Shown here: in pieces, positions 40,332 to 52,370 of the stretch | Position numbering within the stretch: position 1 is the first letter of the stretch | Layout: the number at the start of each line of letters is the position of its first letter | Source: Octopus bimaculoides | Lineage: Eukaryota | Direction of reading: 5' to 3' | DNA length: 64,000 nt | Assembly (NCBI RefSeq): GCF_001194135.2 | Contig: NC_068982.1 | Coordinates: forward strand, 78,573,389 to 78,637,388 | The notes under the pieces: model-generated | Databases searched by the model: none | The model's input: only the letters and a program-made list of their open reading frames with translations | What the model was told of the DNA's origin: nothing | Translations under genes and position numbers: made by a program

Positions 40332-40365
40332 GTTTCTGAAGAAGAGCATTGCTCGAAACATTAAA
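40332..40365 (+). ncRNA. Minimal type-I hammerhead ribozyme motif (PLE pLTR/retrozyme-like)
   Basis: GTTT-CTGAAGA-A-GAGC att GCTC-GAAAC-ATT-AAAC: intact CUGANGA and GAAA boxes, 4-bp stem II, and stem I GTTT/AAAC. Confidence 0.7.
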
Positions 40366-40463
40366 CCATCTTACTTTCCTTCCCTGAGCATCTGCTAAGA
40401 CTTTACATGTACCACGTCCTCATGTTGTTGTGTTTGTTTGTGTTTGTTCTTCTTTTTGGGATT

Positions 40464-40500
<37 letters not shown>

Positions 40501-42059
40501 GTAGTATATTGCCACTTATATATATATATATATATATGTATGTATACATACACACAATGGGTTTCTGTCTATTTCTATGTACTAAATTCACTCACAAAGC
40601 TTTGGTCAGCCTAGTGCTGTAGCAGAAAATACTAGCCCAAGGTATCATGGGGTGGGACTGAGCTCAAAACCATATGGTTGCAAAGTAACTTTCTTAACCA
40701 CACAACCATACCAAAGACTAAGGAATGTCTCTGCTTCTGATATTAATTCTGTCTTTATAAATACAACTACATTGTTGTTATATCTGCTTTTTCCAACGAC
40801 ACATAATGCCATAGGCTCTTATGTTTATCATTGTTATTGATGTTAGCATCATTGCCACCATCATTACCCTAATTGTCATAGTCATCTTCATTATCAGCAG
40901 CAATAGCATCTTACCTGATGCTATCACCACCATCACTATCATCACCACTATTATCATTATCAGTTCTTCATCATCATCATCATCATCATCAACATAATCA
41001 TCATCATCATCATCACCCTCCCCAACACTACCATCACCTCATTCAATACTGCTGTCATCATCTTATCATCATCACTATCACTACNNNNNNNNNNTCATCA
41101 TCATCATCATCATCATCAACATAATCATCATCATCATCATCACCAACACCCTCCCCAACACTACCACCACCTCATTCAATACTGCTGTCATCATCTTATC
41201 ATCATCACTATCACTACCGTCATCATCATCACTACTACCACCATCATCACCACAACCACCATCATGATCAACACCAACACTATCCTCCTCCTCTTCCTCA
41301 CCACCACCACCACCACCACCATCATTGTTTTGTTGTCCATATTTCCTTGCTGTCATATTTGCAACATGTTTTTATTCATCTCAATCCTGTGTAATCTTGT
41401 CTTGTCGTTTATTAAAATTCCATTCATATTCAGGAATCATTACAGAACTATAAATTTCTCCCAGTTCATGACTCATACTTGATTTAATTGACATCCCTTC
41501 CCCTTCCAACACCTCAGATGGATGAAAGACATTGACCCCAATGGGATTTGAACTCAGACTATAATCACTGCAAGGTATTTTGCCTTCCCCTTCACCCTGT
41601 GCCACTTCTGCTAATCTATCTCAACGGTGACACTCAGTTTTTGTAGATCAGACATTACCACTTTTACCCTGCCTCTACCCACCATCACCCCTCATCCTAT
41701 GTATTATTCACCATCATTAAATGTCAATTATCAGTGAAAGAAGCCCTTCCTGTATTTATTAGAATGACATTTCTGTTATCTTCTGCCACCTGTCTTCATT
41801 CAAGAATTCATACACTTCATCAAACAGATGCAACTATTCAAAGACTTTTATTCCATGTCCTCAAGACCCAATCACATCTGTAAGCCATTCTTTGTTATAG
41901 AACTACTGTTGTTCACTGAAGGAGTCTTTATATGTTTGCTCAATCTGTTAGAAATAGCAGCCAAATTTGCAATTCATTGCACCCTATCTTCTTTTAAAAA
42001 GCTAGGTAGAATGTATTGAATAAATGTATCAGGTTAGAATAATGTATATGAGCTCCAAC

Positions 42060-42560
42060 TTTTGAACTGAAGATATTAAACAAGGATTATTAGAGTATCA
42101 TCTCTTTACATTGCTTAGTAATACCTTCCTATGTATATTATTCACTTTTCTAGTAATGTCTTCCTTCTCTGGTTATACCAAGTATATTGTCAAAATACCT
42201 TGCAACATGACTCCATATTCAAGCTAACTAGAAAGCATGTTAGGCTTGTTTTACTTTATGAGTTTCATAAAGGAGTTAAGGTTAGTGCAACAGCAAATTT
42301 CATTCAGTACATTTGTGGTTCTAATGTTTTAAGTGAAAGAATGTGTAGAAAGTGATTTTCTTACTTCAGAAAGGACTTTATCCAGAGAAACTTGATGAGA
42401 TTGTTTGAGCTGTTCCTTTCATTACTACTGGAAAAATTGGTGAATATTTTAATATTAACCATTCAGTTGCTGGACATGAATTAAAGTGGATTGTAAGTGT
42501 GTTAGTGGCTGAAAAGTTGGTCCCGCACAGTCTGTCTGGAGTGAAATGCCAGCACTGTCT
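42060..42560 (+). mobile_element. mariner transposase N-terminal relic
   Basis: KLTRKHVRLVLLYEFHKGVKVSATA..I..ICGSNVLSERMCRK(W)F..FR and a WVPH-like segment (aagttggtcccgcacagtctg). Confidence 0.75.
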
Positions 42561-42589
42561 CTACATTTTAAAGTTTTTGCTTATAAGAT

Positions 42590-43110
42590 AGCTTCATGAT
42601 AGCTTCAAGATCCATCTTTAAACAGGTCATGGGTGGTGATAAAAAATAGATTCTTTACCATAATGTTAAGTATCATCATCAGTGAATCAGTTGTGGGGAC
42701 TGACCAGTTCAGAAGCCAAGAAGAGTCTTTCATCTCAAAATGGTCATGTTGAATGTATAGTGGGTCTTCCAAAGAATCATCCATTATGGACTGTTGGGAA
42801 ATAATCAAGCAATCAATACTTATGTCTACTGTCAGCAGTTTCACCATTTGATACTAGTTTGGAGAGAAAATGTCTGTCATTCTTTCATCACATTAAGGCC
42901 CATCCTCATTTTGCAAAATTCAACAAGGATCTGGTAGAGGAATTTAGGGAAAAACTCTGTACCCACTTTATTCTTCTGACCTTGCTCTTTTGGACTATCA
43001 TTTTTTAAAGAATTTACAAAACCGTTTTGATGGACAAAAACTGATGTCAAGAGAAGAGACTGAACATTAATTGCTTTCTTATTTCTCATCAAACCCTAAG
43101 AAATTTTACA
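42590..43110 (-). mobile_element. Highly decayed mariner-like relic
   Basis: VHQNGFVNSL....PKE..QKNK and FLSKLVSNGET loosely match H.LG.V.KL..WVP..L...NK and FL..LVTGDET. Confidence 0.35.
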
Positions 43111-43698
43111 AACAAGGCATTGATAAATACATTGAAAGATAGAAGGATGTTCTTGATGACATTGGAAGATATATCTATGATTAAATTTGTCTATAAGTAT
43201 TACTTTTTTGTTTTCGTTGTAAAAACAGAACAAAGTTTTGTTCCAACATCTATATTTTACATCCTAATCTCTGTCAAAAACACCATTTTTATGTCAGTTT
43301 TGCCATTCTTGCATGGGTTGGTAGGTCTTTTCCAGTATNNNNNNNNNNNNNNNNNNNNNNNNNNNNNNNNNNNNNNNNNNNNNNNNNNNNNNNNNNNNNN
43401 NNNNNNNNNNNNNNNNNNNNNNNNNNNNNNNNNNNNNNNNNNNNNNNNNNNNNNNNNNNNNNNNNNNNNNNNNNNNNNNNNNNNNNNNNNNNNNNNNNNN
43501 NNNNNNNNNNNNNNNNNNNNNNNNNNNNNNNNNNNNNNNNNNNNNNNNNNNNNNNNNNNNNNNNNNNNNNNNNNNNNNNNNNNNNNNNNNNNNNNNNNNN
43601 NNNNNNNNNNNNNNNNNNNNNNNNNNNNNNNNNNNNNNNNNNNNNNNNNNNNNNNNNNNNNNNNNNNNNNNNNNNNNNNNNNNNNNNNNNNNNNNNNN

Positions 43699-43768
<70 letters not shown>

Positions 43769-44160
43769 ATGTGCGTATGCATGCGTGCATGTGTGCATGC
43801 ATGCATGTATGTATGTGTGTATGTATGTATGTATAGACAGACAGATAGATAGATGGAGAGATAGATATATATGATTGGTTTCTTTCAGTTTCTAAATCTA
43901 CTTACAAGGCTTTGGTCAATTCAGAACTATAGTAGAAGACACTTGTGCAAGATTCCACACAACATGACTGAAATCATAATCACATTGTTGGGAAGTGAGT
44001 TTCTTAAACATACAGCCACCCTGCACCAAAGCCACACCTGCACCATAACCTTTCAATATCTGAGAGTCTTGCTTCAGCTATAGTCACTGTTCCTAACAAG
44101 AAGACTATCTTATTAAAGCCTAAAATAAAGATGATGAAGCCTTTCCTTTGTACCAGTTGT

Positions 44161-44381
44161 TTAATCTTGTAGCATTCAGTTTGTTTATAATGCTTGTTTG
44201 TTCACATTGTTTTGCATTTATCATACAATATCTCATAGCTACGAGATTTTGATGATGTGATTGCTTAGCTCCAGAATAACATTGTTGAGTAAGGTATGAG
44301 AATCCAAATCTGGCCATTTTGAACAAAAAACAGGTAGAATATTTTAGTTGGATATGACCGGTTTAAATGCTAAAGGGTTAA
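44161..44381 (+). mobile_element. TTAA-flanked piggyBac-like MITE (221 bp)
   Basis: TTAA-tcttgtagcatt...aatgctaaaggg-TTAA. The TIR consensus across copies is CCCTTTAGCATT; a partial third copy lies at 52372-52490. Confidence 0.7.
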
Positions 44382-44727
44382 GGTAAATTCTTTTGTGAAA
44401 TCATTAACCTGAACTAACTGGCTTTGATATCAACATCAACTTTATATGTTCAAATGCCTTTGCTGTTCAACCCTTGGTGAAAATGGGGTCCTAAGTTTTG
44501 AAGTGGTCTAAGATATGATACATGGTTTGATTAATGATTTTCTTAGAAATTAACAAGTCTGAGAAATGATTCTAACTGATAATTTCCCTTCACTATTTTT
44601 ACATCTCTAATTCTAACAAGTAAATCATGATCTGTGGAGACACCTTCCTTTGTCTCTCTGTATACCACTAAGAACAAAGACACTACCTCAGCCTCTAACA
44701 GAGATTTCACTTGACTGATTACTTTAC

Positions 44728-44839
44728 CTGATAATTCCAACCTTTCTGTGACATGACCAACTTTGGCATGCAAATTTTCAGTAGTTTCAACACCAATGCA
44801 TAATCAACGTCATTTCTCATAACATGTTCAATTTGTTTT
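44728..44839 (-). CDS. Candidate internal host exon (unidentified product)
   Basis: Acceptor taatgttccag and donor CAG|GTAAAG flank 112 nt = 1 nt + 37 codons: KQIEHVMRNDVDYALVLKLLKICMPKLVMSQKGWNYQ. Protein-like composition and no TE motif recognised. Confidence 0.42.
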
Positions 44840-45079
44840 CTGGAACATTATACTGAATGTTTTAATTCCATACAGAAAACATGTCTGGCTTAAAAGACCC
44901 ATTGCTGTAATCTATCATACTAACTTTTTTTTTACTTCAGAACATATGTCAAGCTGGTGATGTTATCCTTGAAATCCTATTTAGTAAAATAATTTAGCAA
45001 AATATTTCAGAACGAAATATTAATTAAACCAATTTATTTCTGAATGATGTGATGTCACTAATATTATTGTGTTTTGCAT

Positions 45080-45330
45080 ATTTGCAAACGTTACTCAACA
45101 GGGATCAAGGAGTTTTGCTTGGTCAAGCTACTATTTCTCCACATTGAAAAGTCACAGCTCCCTTACTTTGGACATGTGATGTCACAGGAAAGAATTGCAA
45201 GATAGATTCTTCAAACTATATCAACTGGCAGGAGAACAGGGGGTAGCCAGAGAATGAGATAGATAATATCCATAGTTTTGGTCTGATATGCTTGGAAATC
45301 TACCTGGAAAGTCTAATGATGGTTACTTTG
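45080..45330 (+). mobile_element. RTE/BovB-like LINE 3' coding scrap
   Basis: YFGHVMSQERIAR.ILQ..STGRRTGGSQRMR.IDNI matches YFGHV.R....G.R.RGR.R.RW.D. Confidence 0.55.
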
Positions 45331-45689
45331 ATAGGACCCTAAGGAAGAGGTACCTGAAGACTATACACTCATGACTCTTCCAGAGATGGTAGTCAGAGAA
45401 AATGGGTGGATGGAGTATTTCATTATAACAATTTAGTAATCAGTTAATTAAAACTTCTAAATGAGAGGGGTACATTTACTTTCCTCAACGGTACTTGTTC
45501 TAGAAGACCTTCATTAAATAGCTTCATCAGCTTCTTTATCATTAATAGCTTAAGGTCTATTGATCATGGTTTTACCTAAGAATAACATCATGGCCCAATG
45601 TTGCCTTTGAGAAGAATGTTAATCTCTTAATCTCTGAAATTGTCCTAAGGTTTCAGTTTCATAAGTGTTGGATAATCCACAGTACCGCC

Positions 45690-46510
45690 TGACTGGCCTT
45701 CATGCCGGTGGCACGTAAAAGCACCCACTACACTCTCGGAGTGGTTGGCATTAGGAAGAGCATTCAGCTGTAGAAACTCTGCCAAATCAGATTGGAGCCT
45801 GGTGTAGCCATCTGGTTCACCAGTCCTCAGTCAAATCGTCCAACCCATGCTAGCATGGAAAGCNNNNNNNNNNNNNNNNNNNNNNNNNNNNNNNNNNNNN
45901 NNNNNNNNNNNNNNNNNNNNNNNNNNNNNNNNNNNNNNNNNNNNNNNNNNNNNNNNNNNNNNNNNNNNNNNNNNNNNNNNNNNNNNNNNNNNNNNNNNNN
46001 NNNNNNNNNNNNNNNNNNNNNNNNNNNNNNNNNNNNNNNNNNNNNNNNNNNNNNNNNNNNNNNNNNNNNNNNNNNNNNNNNNNNNNNNNNNNNNNNNNNN
46101 NNNNNNNNNNNNNNNNNNNNNNNNNNNNNNNNNNNNNNNNNNNNNNNNNNNNNNNNNNNNNNNNNNNNNNNNNNNNNNNNNNNNNNNNNNNNNNNNNNNN
46201 NNNNNNNNNNNNNNNNNNNNNNNNNNNNNNNNNNNNNNNNNNNNNNNNAAATTGTCCTAAGGTTTCAGTTTCATAAGTGTTGGATAATCCACAGTACCGC
46301 CTGACTGGCCTTCATGCCGGTGGCACGTAAAAGCACCCACTACACTCTCGGAGTGGTTGGCATTAGGAAGAGCATTCAGCTGTAGAAACTCTGCCAAATC
46401 AGATTGGAGCCTGGTGTAGCCATCTGGTTCACCAGTCCTCAGTCAAATCGTCCAACCCATGCTAGCATGGAAAGCGGACGTTAAACGACGATGATGATGA
46501 TGATGATGAT
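45690..46510 (+). mobile_element. RTE-type 3' tail repeat ending in (GAT)n, present twice around an N gap
   Basis: ggtggcacgtaaaagcaccc..ggcattaggaagagcattcagctgtagaaac..tccaacccatgctagcatggaaagcggacgttaaacgacgatgatg. 45637-45863 is identical to 46249-46475. Confidence 0.75.
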
Positions 46511-49500
46511 GTTAATGTGGTGATCTGGCAAAATTATCAGCGTGCCAGGTGAGATGCTTAACAGCATTTCTTCCAGCTTAATGTCTTGAGTTCAAATTCT
46601 ACCAGGGTTGACTGCCTTTCGTCCTTTCAGAGTCAACAAAATCAGCACCATTTGAGTACATAGATAGATTTAATCAACATATCCCCTCCTCCAAAACTGC
46701 TGGTCTTGTGCCAAAATTTGAAACCAGTATTGATTTATGTTGTTAATATTATAATCATCATCATTATTTAACTTCCACTCTTCCACATTTGCATGGGCCA
46801 CACAAAATTCATTGAGGCAGATTTTCAATGGCCAGATATCCATTTTGTATATGTATGTATGTATGCATGTATGTATGTATGCATGCATGCATGTATAAAT
46901 GTATGCATGTATGTATGTATTATGCATGCATGCATGCATGTATGTATGTATGTGCATACCCCAACATGGCTGCAATCTAATAACTGAAACAAGTAAAAGA
47001 TGAAAGATAAAAATATATATATATTTGCGTGCATGTGTGTGTGTGTGTGTGTGTGAGTATGTGTCTTCTTTGTGTTTGTTTTCTCCACTGCATGACAGTT
47101 TGCTTATGTCTCTCATAACTTAGCAGTTCAGCAAAAATGACTGATAGAATAACGCACCAGACTTGAAAATAATAAGATTAATTTATTTGACTAAACCCCA
47201 TCAAGGCAGTGCTCCAGCATGGTTGCAGTCTAAGGACTGAAAAAAGTAAAAAGAAAAAAGGTTTACTGCACCTGTTACCAGATGGGGGACATTATTTTCA
47301 TTGTGCCTGCTTATATTGGTAAAAGCCACTTTTATAATCAGATTTATACTGTTTACTATCAGCATTCTAAATTTGACCATCATGGACTGCAAGGCTGCAA
47401 GGTTGCAAGGGTGGCAGTTGTGTTCCAGCATGTGGGTGAAATTTCATCTATAGCTCCATCATTCTGCCTGCTTCAATCTATGCTGGCAAGACTTGGAAGA
47501 ACACAGTTAGGACAGATAGAAAAGTAAATTCATTCCATCAGAAGTGCCTGAGAATGATCCTGAGAGTCAACTGACAGGACTGTGTCATGAATAAGAGGAA
47601 ATTTTGAGAAGTGTGAGGTCATGACCACCACAAGAGTTTATAGCAGAGCATTGATTTTGCCTGGCTGGCCACATTCTCTGCTTAGTTGATCAACAGCATT
47701 TGAAAACTGCCATGTCTTGGGTACCACCTGTTGGCAGGTGTAAAAAAGATTATGTTGATAATCACTTGGTGGCAGACATTTCAAGATGATCTGAAGACAA
47801 TCATGTGGAATGGATGTGCAAAAATAGCAGCTGACCAAACCCAGTGGAAGAAGGTCTTGTTGCTTAGTGTGCTGAGCACTGCAGGAGGACATCATCATCA
47901 TCATCTTCATCATTTAACATTTGTTATCTATGCTGACATGGCTAAGACAGTTTGACTGGGACTGGTAAACCAGAGAGCTGCATCAGGCTCCAGTTGTCTG
48001 TTTTCGTTCGGTTTCAACAGCAGGATACCCTTCATAATGCCAACCACTTCACAGTGTCCTAAGTGCCTTTTACATGTCACTGGCACTGGCAATGACTATG
48101 ATTCACTTAGCTTGACATGTCTTCGCAAGCACAGCATATCACTAGAAGTCTCAAAAGCTAATAAAAGCTATCAGCATATCACACAATGATATCATCATGA
48201 TTGTTCTTACTCATTTTATATTTTTTGATTAATTCATCATCTGAAATCTAGAAATCATTTTATGCTATTAATGAATGCATCAGACTTGGAGTTACTTGGC
48301 AAAAAAGATATCCTTGTGCTTTTCTACAAAACACTCAAATGCCAGCTGACCCTGAATGAGCTTTATTTCAATCATTTTATTTTCTATACACTGTCTTTTA
48401 ATCCCAGTTTCATCAAATTCATAAAAACAAGCCAATTCATGTAATTTTTCAGGATAACCATGAATAGATTTGGTCAGATTTTGATTTTGTAATAAGAACC
48501 TCCTCATCATCATCATCATCTTCATCGTCATCGCTGCCACCACCACCAGTATTTAATGCCCATGTCCCTTACTGCCAGGATGGTTTGACAGGATCTGATG
48601 TGTCTGAAGAGTGCATTATGCTCCAATGTCTGCTTTGACATGGTTTCTATAGTTGGATACCCTTCCTAACACCAACCACTTTATAGAGTCTGTTGAGTGC
48701 TTCCTTCATGGCACCAGCATTAGTGAGGTTGCAATGTGACCTGCAAGATTAAGGAGCCACTTCAACTGAGTGAGGTTACAGCAGAGAGTGAGGTAGTTTT
48801 ATACTATGGGACGAGGGGTTACAGTGTGAAAGAAAGGGGCCATATGGCTACTCACATTTAAGAAGAGAGGGTGGCAGTGAGCAGAGTGGAGGTTGAAAGA
48901 GATAAAGATAGAAGTGAATGGAACATTAGCACAGATCTTATGCTGCTTACATTTATTGTTCCAAGTTCCAAGGATTTCACCATTATCTAAGCATTTTGTA
49001 TGGCCATCATGCCTGTTTTAGCTAAAACAAACCCGTCATTTGTAGTTTCTCTATCATTAATTTCCAAAAGATCTTTCTTCTTGTTGTTGCTACAGCAAAA
49101 CATTACAGCAAAATGTCTGTCCTATCTGGGTCATAGAGTGGAAGTACATTGTTAGAAACCAGCAACAACGTCTTTTGTCATGTACAATAGTTATCCAAAT
49201 GCAGTTACATGTGACCCATTATTTTCAGAACATTTATTCGAGTGATTAACCAAGCTGTTACATTGAACTAGCCAGTACCTTCAATAAATCCAGTCATGTG
49301 CAAGCATGCAAATCATATGTAACAATATTAGTAGAATGATTACATCATAAGTTCTATAGACAGTCTTTTGTTTTGCCTAGGCAAGGAGTTGAAGAGACCT
49401 TTATCATATCAGGGTGAATTATAATGGATAAGGGCCTTGGAGGAGGTGGGGTGATACATCTTTGCTGAGACAAATAATGAATCTTTAATTTTAGACATTC

Positions 49501-49691
49501 ATAACTACGTAACTTATTTAATAACTGCTTTGATTCTTTTGCAGATGGATTTTTTGAAAGTTTGTCAACAGGTGGGCATTTCAAATTTGAATACATTCAC
49601 TTGTGAGGGCAAGATTCATCATTCTGATCTCAATACTGCATTTCCTTATTTATTACTTTTATCCTTTGCTGTAGTGATTTGAGCAACACTG

Positions 49692-49723
<32 letters not shown>

Positions 49724-50169
49724 TGNNNNNNNNNNNNNNNNNNNNNNNNNNNNNNNNNNNNNNNNNNNNNNNNNNNNNNNNNNNNNNNNNNNNNNNNNNN
49801 NNNNNNNNNNNNNNNNNNNNNNNNNNNNNNNNNNNNNNNNNNNNNNNNNNNNNNNNNNNNNNNNNNNNNNNNNNNNNNNNNNNNNNNNNNNNNNNNNNNN
49901 NNNNNNNNNNNNNNNNNNNNNNNNNNNNNNNNNNNNNNNNNNNNNNNNNNNNNNNNNNNNNNNNNNNNNNNNNNNNNNNNNNNNNNNNNNNNNNNNNNNN
50001 NNNNNNNNNNNNNNNNNNNNNNNNNNNNNNNNNNGCGTGCGTGTGTGTGTGTGTGTGTGTGTGTCAGTTCTGCAAAATGATGGTAAACTGCTGGTGGACT
50101 GAATTTGTGCTATAGGTTCAATTCCTAATTTGGCTTCTTAATTCATTATATTTATAACTTCCAGTAAAG

Positions 50170-50440
50170 GTGTGCTGTTTAGTGGTTAAGGTGTTTCCCT
50201 CACAGTTGTAAGGCTGTGGTTTTGATTCACAGATCAGGTGGTGCATTGTGTTCTGGAGCAAAACACTTCAATTCATGTCACTCCAGTCCACTCAGTTGTA
50301 AATGAGTTTAGCAATGACTGGGAAGTTAACCCTGTGACAAACTGGTGTTCCCTTCAGGAGGGAGTGTTGAAATCTCTGTCATTTATACGCTGTGGAAACT
50401 ATGTTGAGTTTCTGTCTTATGAGTCATAGGGCTAAAACAG
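50170..50440 (+). mobile_element. tRNA-derived SINE (family 1)
   Basis: gtttagtggttaagg..tttgattc..tgtgttctggagcaaaacactt..ctccagtccactcagttg. Confidence 0.75.
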
Positions 50441-50809
50441 ACCTAAGCCTAGGTCTATGATTCTTAATCTTTCTCATTCACTGAAGCTCTACTAATATAA
50501 CTGACAGCTAACATGCAACATTCTATTTTATTTCAGTTTATGTCACAATTAGGGAACAGTAGAATTATTATTTGCTGGGTTTCAATGGGCCAATACTGGT
50601 TCACTGTATTTCTAATGATAAGGATGATAGAGGAGTATCTGTAACTTTGGGTAGAACAAATATCATAAAGGACTTTGTTTGAATGCATGAGTTTTAGTTT
50701 ACTAACTGATGTTTCTATTTTCCATCACAGCACTTCTCATAAAAAGAAAATTCCTCTCAACCCCCACTAAATATGAGCAATTCTAAACTAGAGCCCTCCC
50801 TCACAGTCA

Positions 50810-52165
50810 CTTCATCATTATTATTTAACATCCATTGTCCATGCATGTGTTGGATGGTTTGACCTGGGCTGGTAAGCTGAGGGGCTGCACCAGACTTCAG
50901 TCTGATTTGGCATGGTTTCTATGACTAGATGTCCTTCCTAATACCAATCACACCAAGAGTGTAATGGGTGTTTTTTATGTGCCACCAGTATGGGTGCCAG
51001 TTGCATGACACCAGTATCTGCCACGACTAGGATTTCACTTGGTTTGATGAGTCTTCTACTCAAGCATCACATATTGCCAAAGATCTTGGTCATTTGTCAT
51101 TGCCTCCACGAGGCCCAATGCTTGAAAAGTGCATTTCATGTGCCACCGGAAAGATGCTAGTTACACAACCTGGCATCAGCCACATTGCCCCCATGAGGCC
51201 CAACACTTGAAAGCACAGTATATTGCCAAAGGTCTCGATTACTAGTCATTGCCTCTGTGAGGCCCAACGTTCAAAGATCATGCTTCACCACCTCATCCCA
51301 TGTCTTCCTGAGTCTACCTCTTGCACAGATTCCCTCCACAGTTAGAGATTAGCACTTCTTTACACAGCTGTCCTCATCCATATGCATCACATGATCATAT
51401 CAGCACAGTTGTCTCTCTTGCGCACCACATTTCATGCCTCTTATGTCCAACGTTTCTCTCAAGACACTTCCAATCTGTCGTAAATATACACTGACATTGC
51501 ACATCCAGCGAAGCATGCTAGCTTCATTTCTTACGAGCCTACGACTGTTCTCAGCAGTCACAGCCCATGGTTCACTACTGTGTTGCATAGCTGTTCACAC
51601 ACGGGCATCATACAATCTAGCTTTCACTCTGAGGGAGAGGCCCTTTGTTGCCAACAAAGGTAAGAGCTCTCTGAACTTTGCCCAGCCTAAACTTATTCTC
51701 ACAGTTAGGCTCTTGGAGCATACACCTCCACTACTGACTTGGTCATCTAGATAATAGAAGCTATCAACCACCTGTATCTTACCCCACTGGCATTTGATGG
51801 TGTTTATTTTCTGTACATTTTTAGTGTTTATTGTACCTGTGCACTTTCCACACACAAAAACTAATTTCCCAGTTAACCTTCCTCTGATATTGCTGACTTC
51901 TTATGTGTCCCTAGCTTGCACTGGGTTCATCTTATGGAATTTTTATCTACATCTTTCCTACAGATCTAGCAGGGCCATCTACCTGAAGGCATTTGTGATC
52001 TGTCTGATTTTCTACTTACTAAGACTCAAGTTTTCACTCAGTTAACTTTGATTCTAGACCTTGCTTCCACACCTGAAATTTCTTCTCTAGTTCTGGTAGT
52101 GATTCAGCTATAAGAACAAGGTTATCAGGATAGAGAAGCTACCAGGGACAGCCGATTTTAAATTC
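50810..52165 (-). mobile_element. RTE-clade LINE, 5'-truncated, RT C-half through 3' UTR and tail
   Basis: GCPW*LLYPDNLVLIAESLPELEKKF, a Cys/His finger, VVDSFYYLDD, GWAKFRELLPLLATKGLSLRVKARLYDA, SEPWAV, and EASMLRWMC. The 3' UTR has gaggcccaa repeats and a tail ending in (ATG/ATA)n. Confidence 0.9.
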
Positions 52166-52169
52166 CTCT

Positions 52170-52370
52170 GTTATTCACAGAAAATCTCCCCTGGTGAAAG
52201 CAGATCCTTAACATAGCTAAGACCTCACACTCTTCTCTTGTCAGGGGCAGAAAATATTTCAACCTCCAGAAGCTGCTGACACTCTACAAGGTTCAAGTGG
52301 GACCTGCAATAGAGTACTGCTCTCACATTTAGGATGGTGCCACTACTATACGCACAGACATTCTGGATCA
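52170..52370 (+). mobile_element. CR1/Jockey-group LINE RT C-terminal scrap
   Basis: RKYFNLQKLLTLYKVQVGPAIEYCSHI*DGA matches L.LYKAQVRP.MEYCS.IW.GA. Confidence 0.7.

Noticed and set aside
40970-41215. Duplicated (CAT/CAC)-rich block around a 10-N gap; poly-His/Ser/Thr ORFs
   Set aside because: Low-complexity trinucleotide repeat plus probable assembly overlap; not coding evidence.
41800-42000. Possible hAT (Buster-like) RWLSRG..LFDEV..FL relic on the minus strand
   Set aside because: Only a short, stop-ridden resemblance; too weak to list.
44543-44773. 76-aa ORF (..QVKSLLEAEVVSLFLV..) superficially like a GAF-domain strand
   Set aside because: It starts at a non-ATG codon, has no suitable splice boundaries, and overlaps a better-bounded candidate exon in another frame.
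45637-46475. 227-bp direct duplication flanking an N gap
   Set aside because: The copies are identical and abut the gap on both sides, typical of an unmerged contig overlap.
48292-48500. FDETG-containing ORF suggesting a pogo DDE domain or an exon
   Set aside because: The flanking residues do not fit the pogo consensus and there is no credible splice acceptor.
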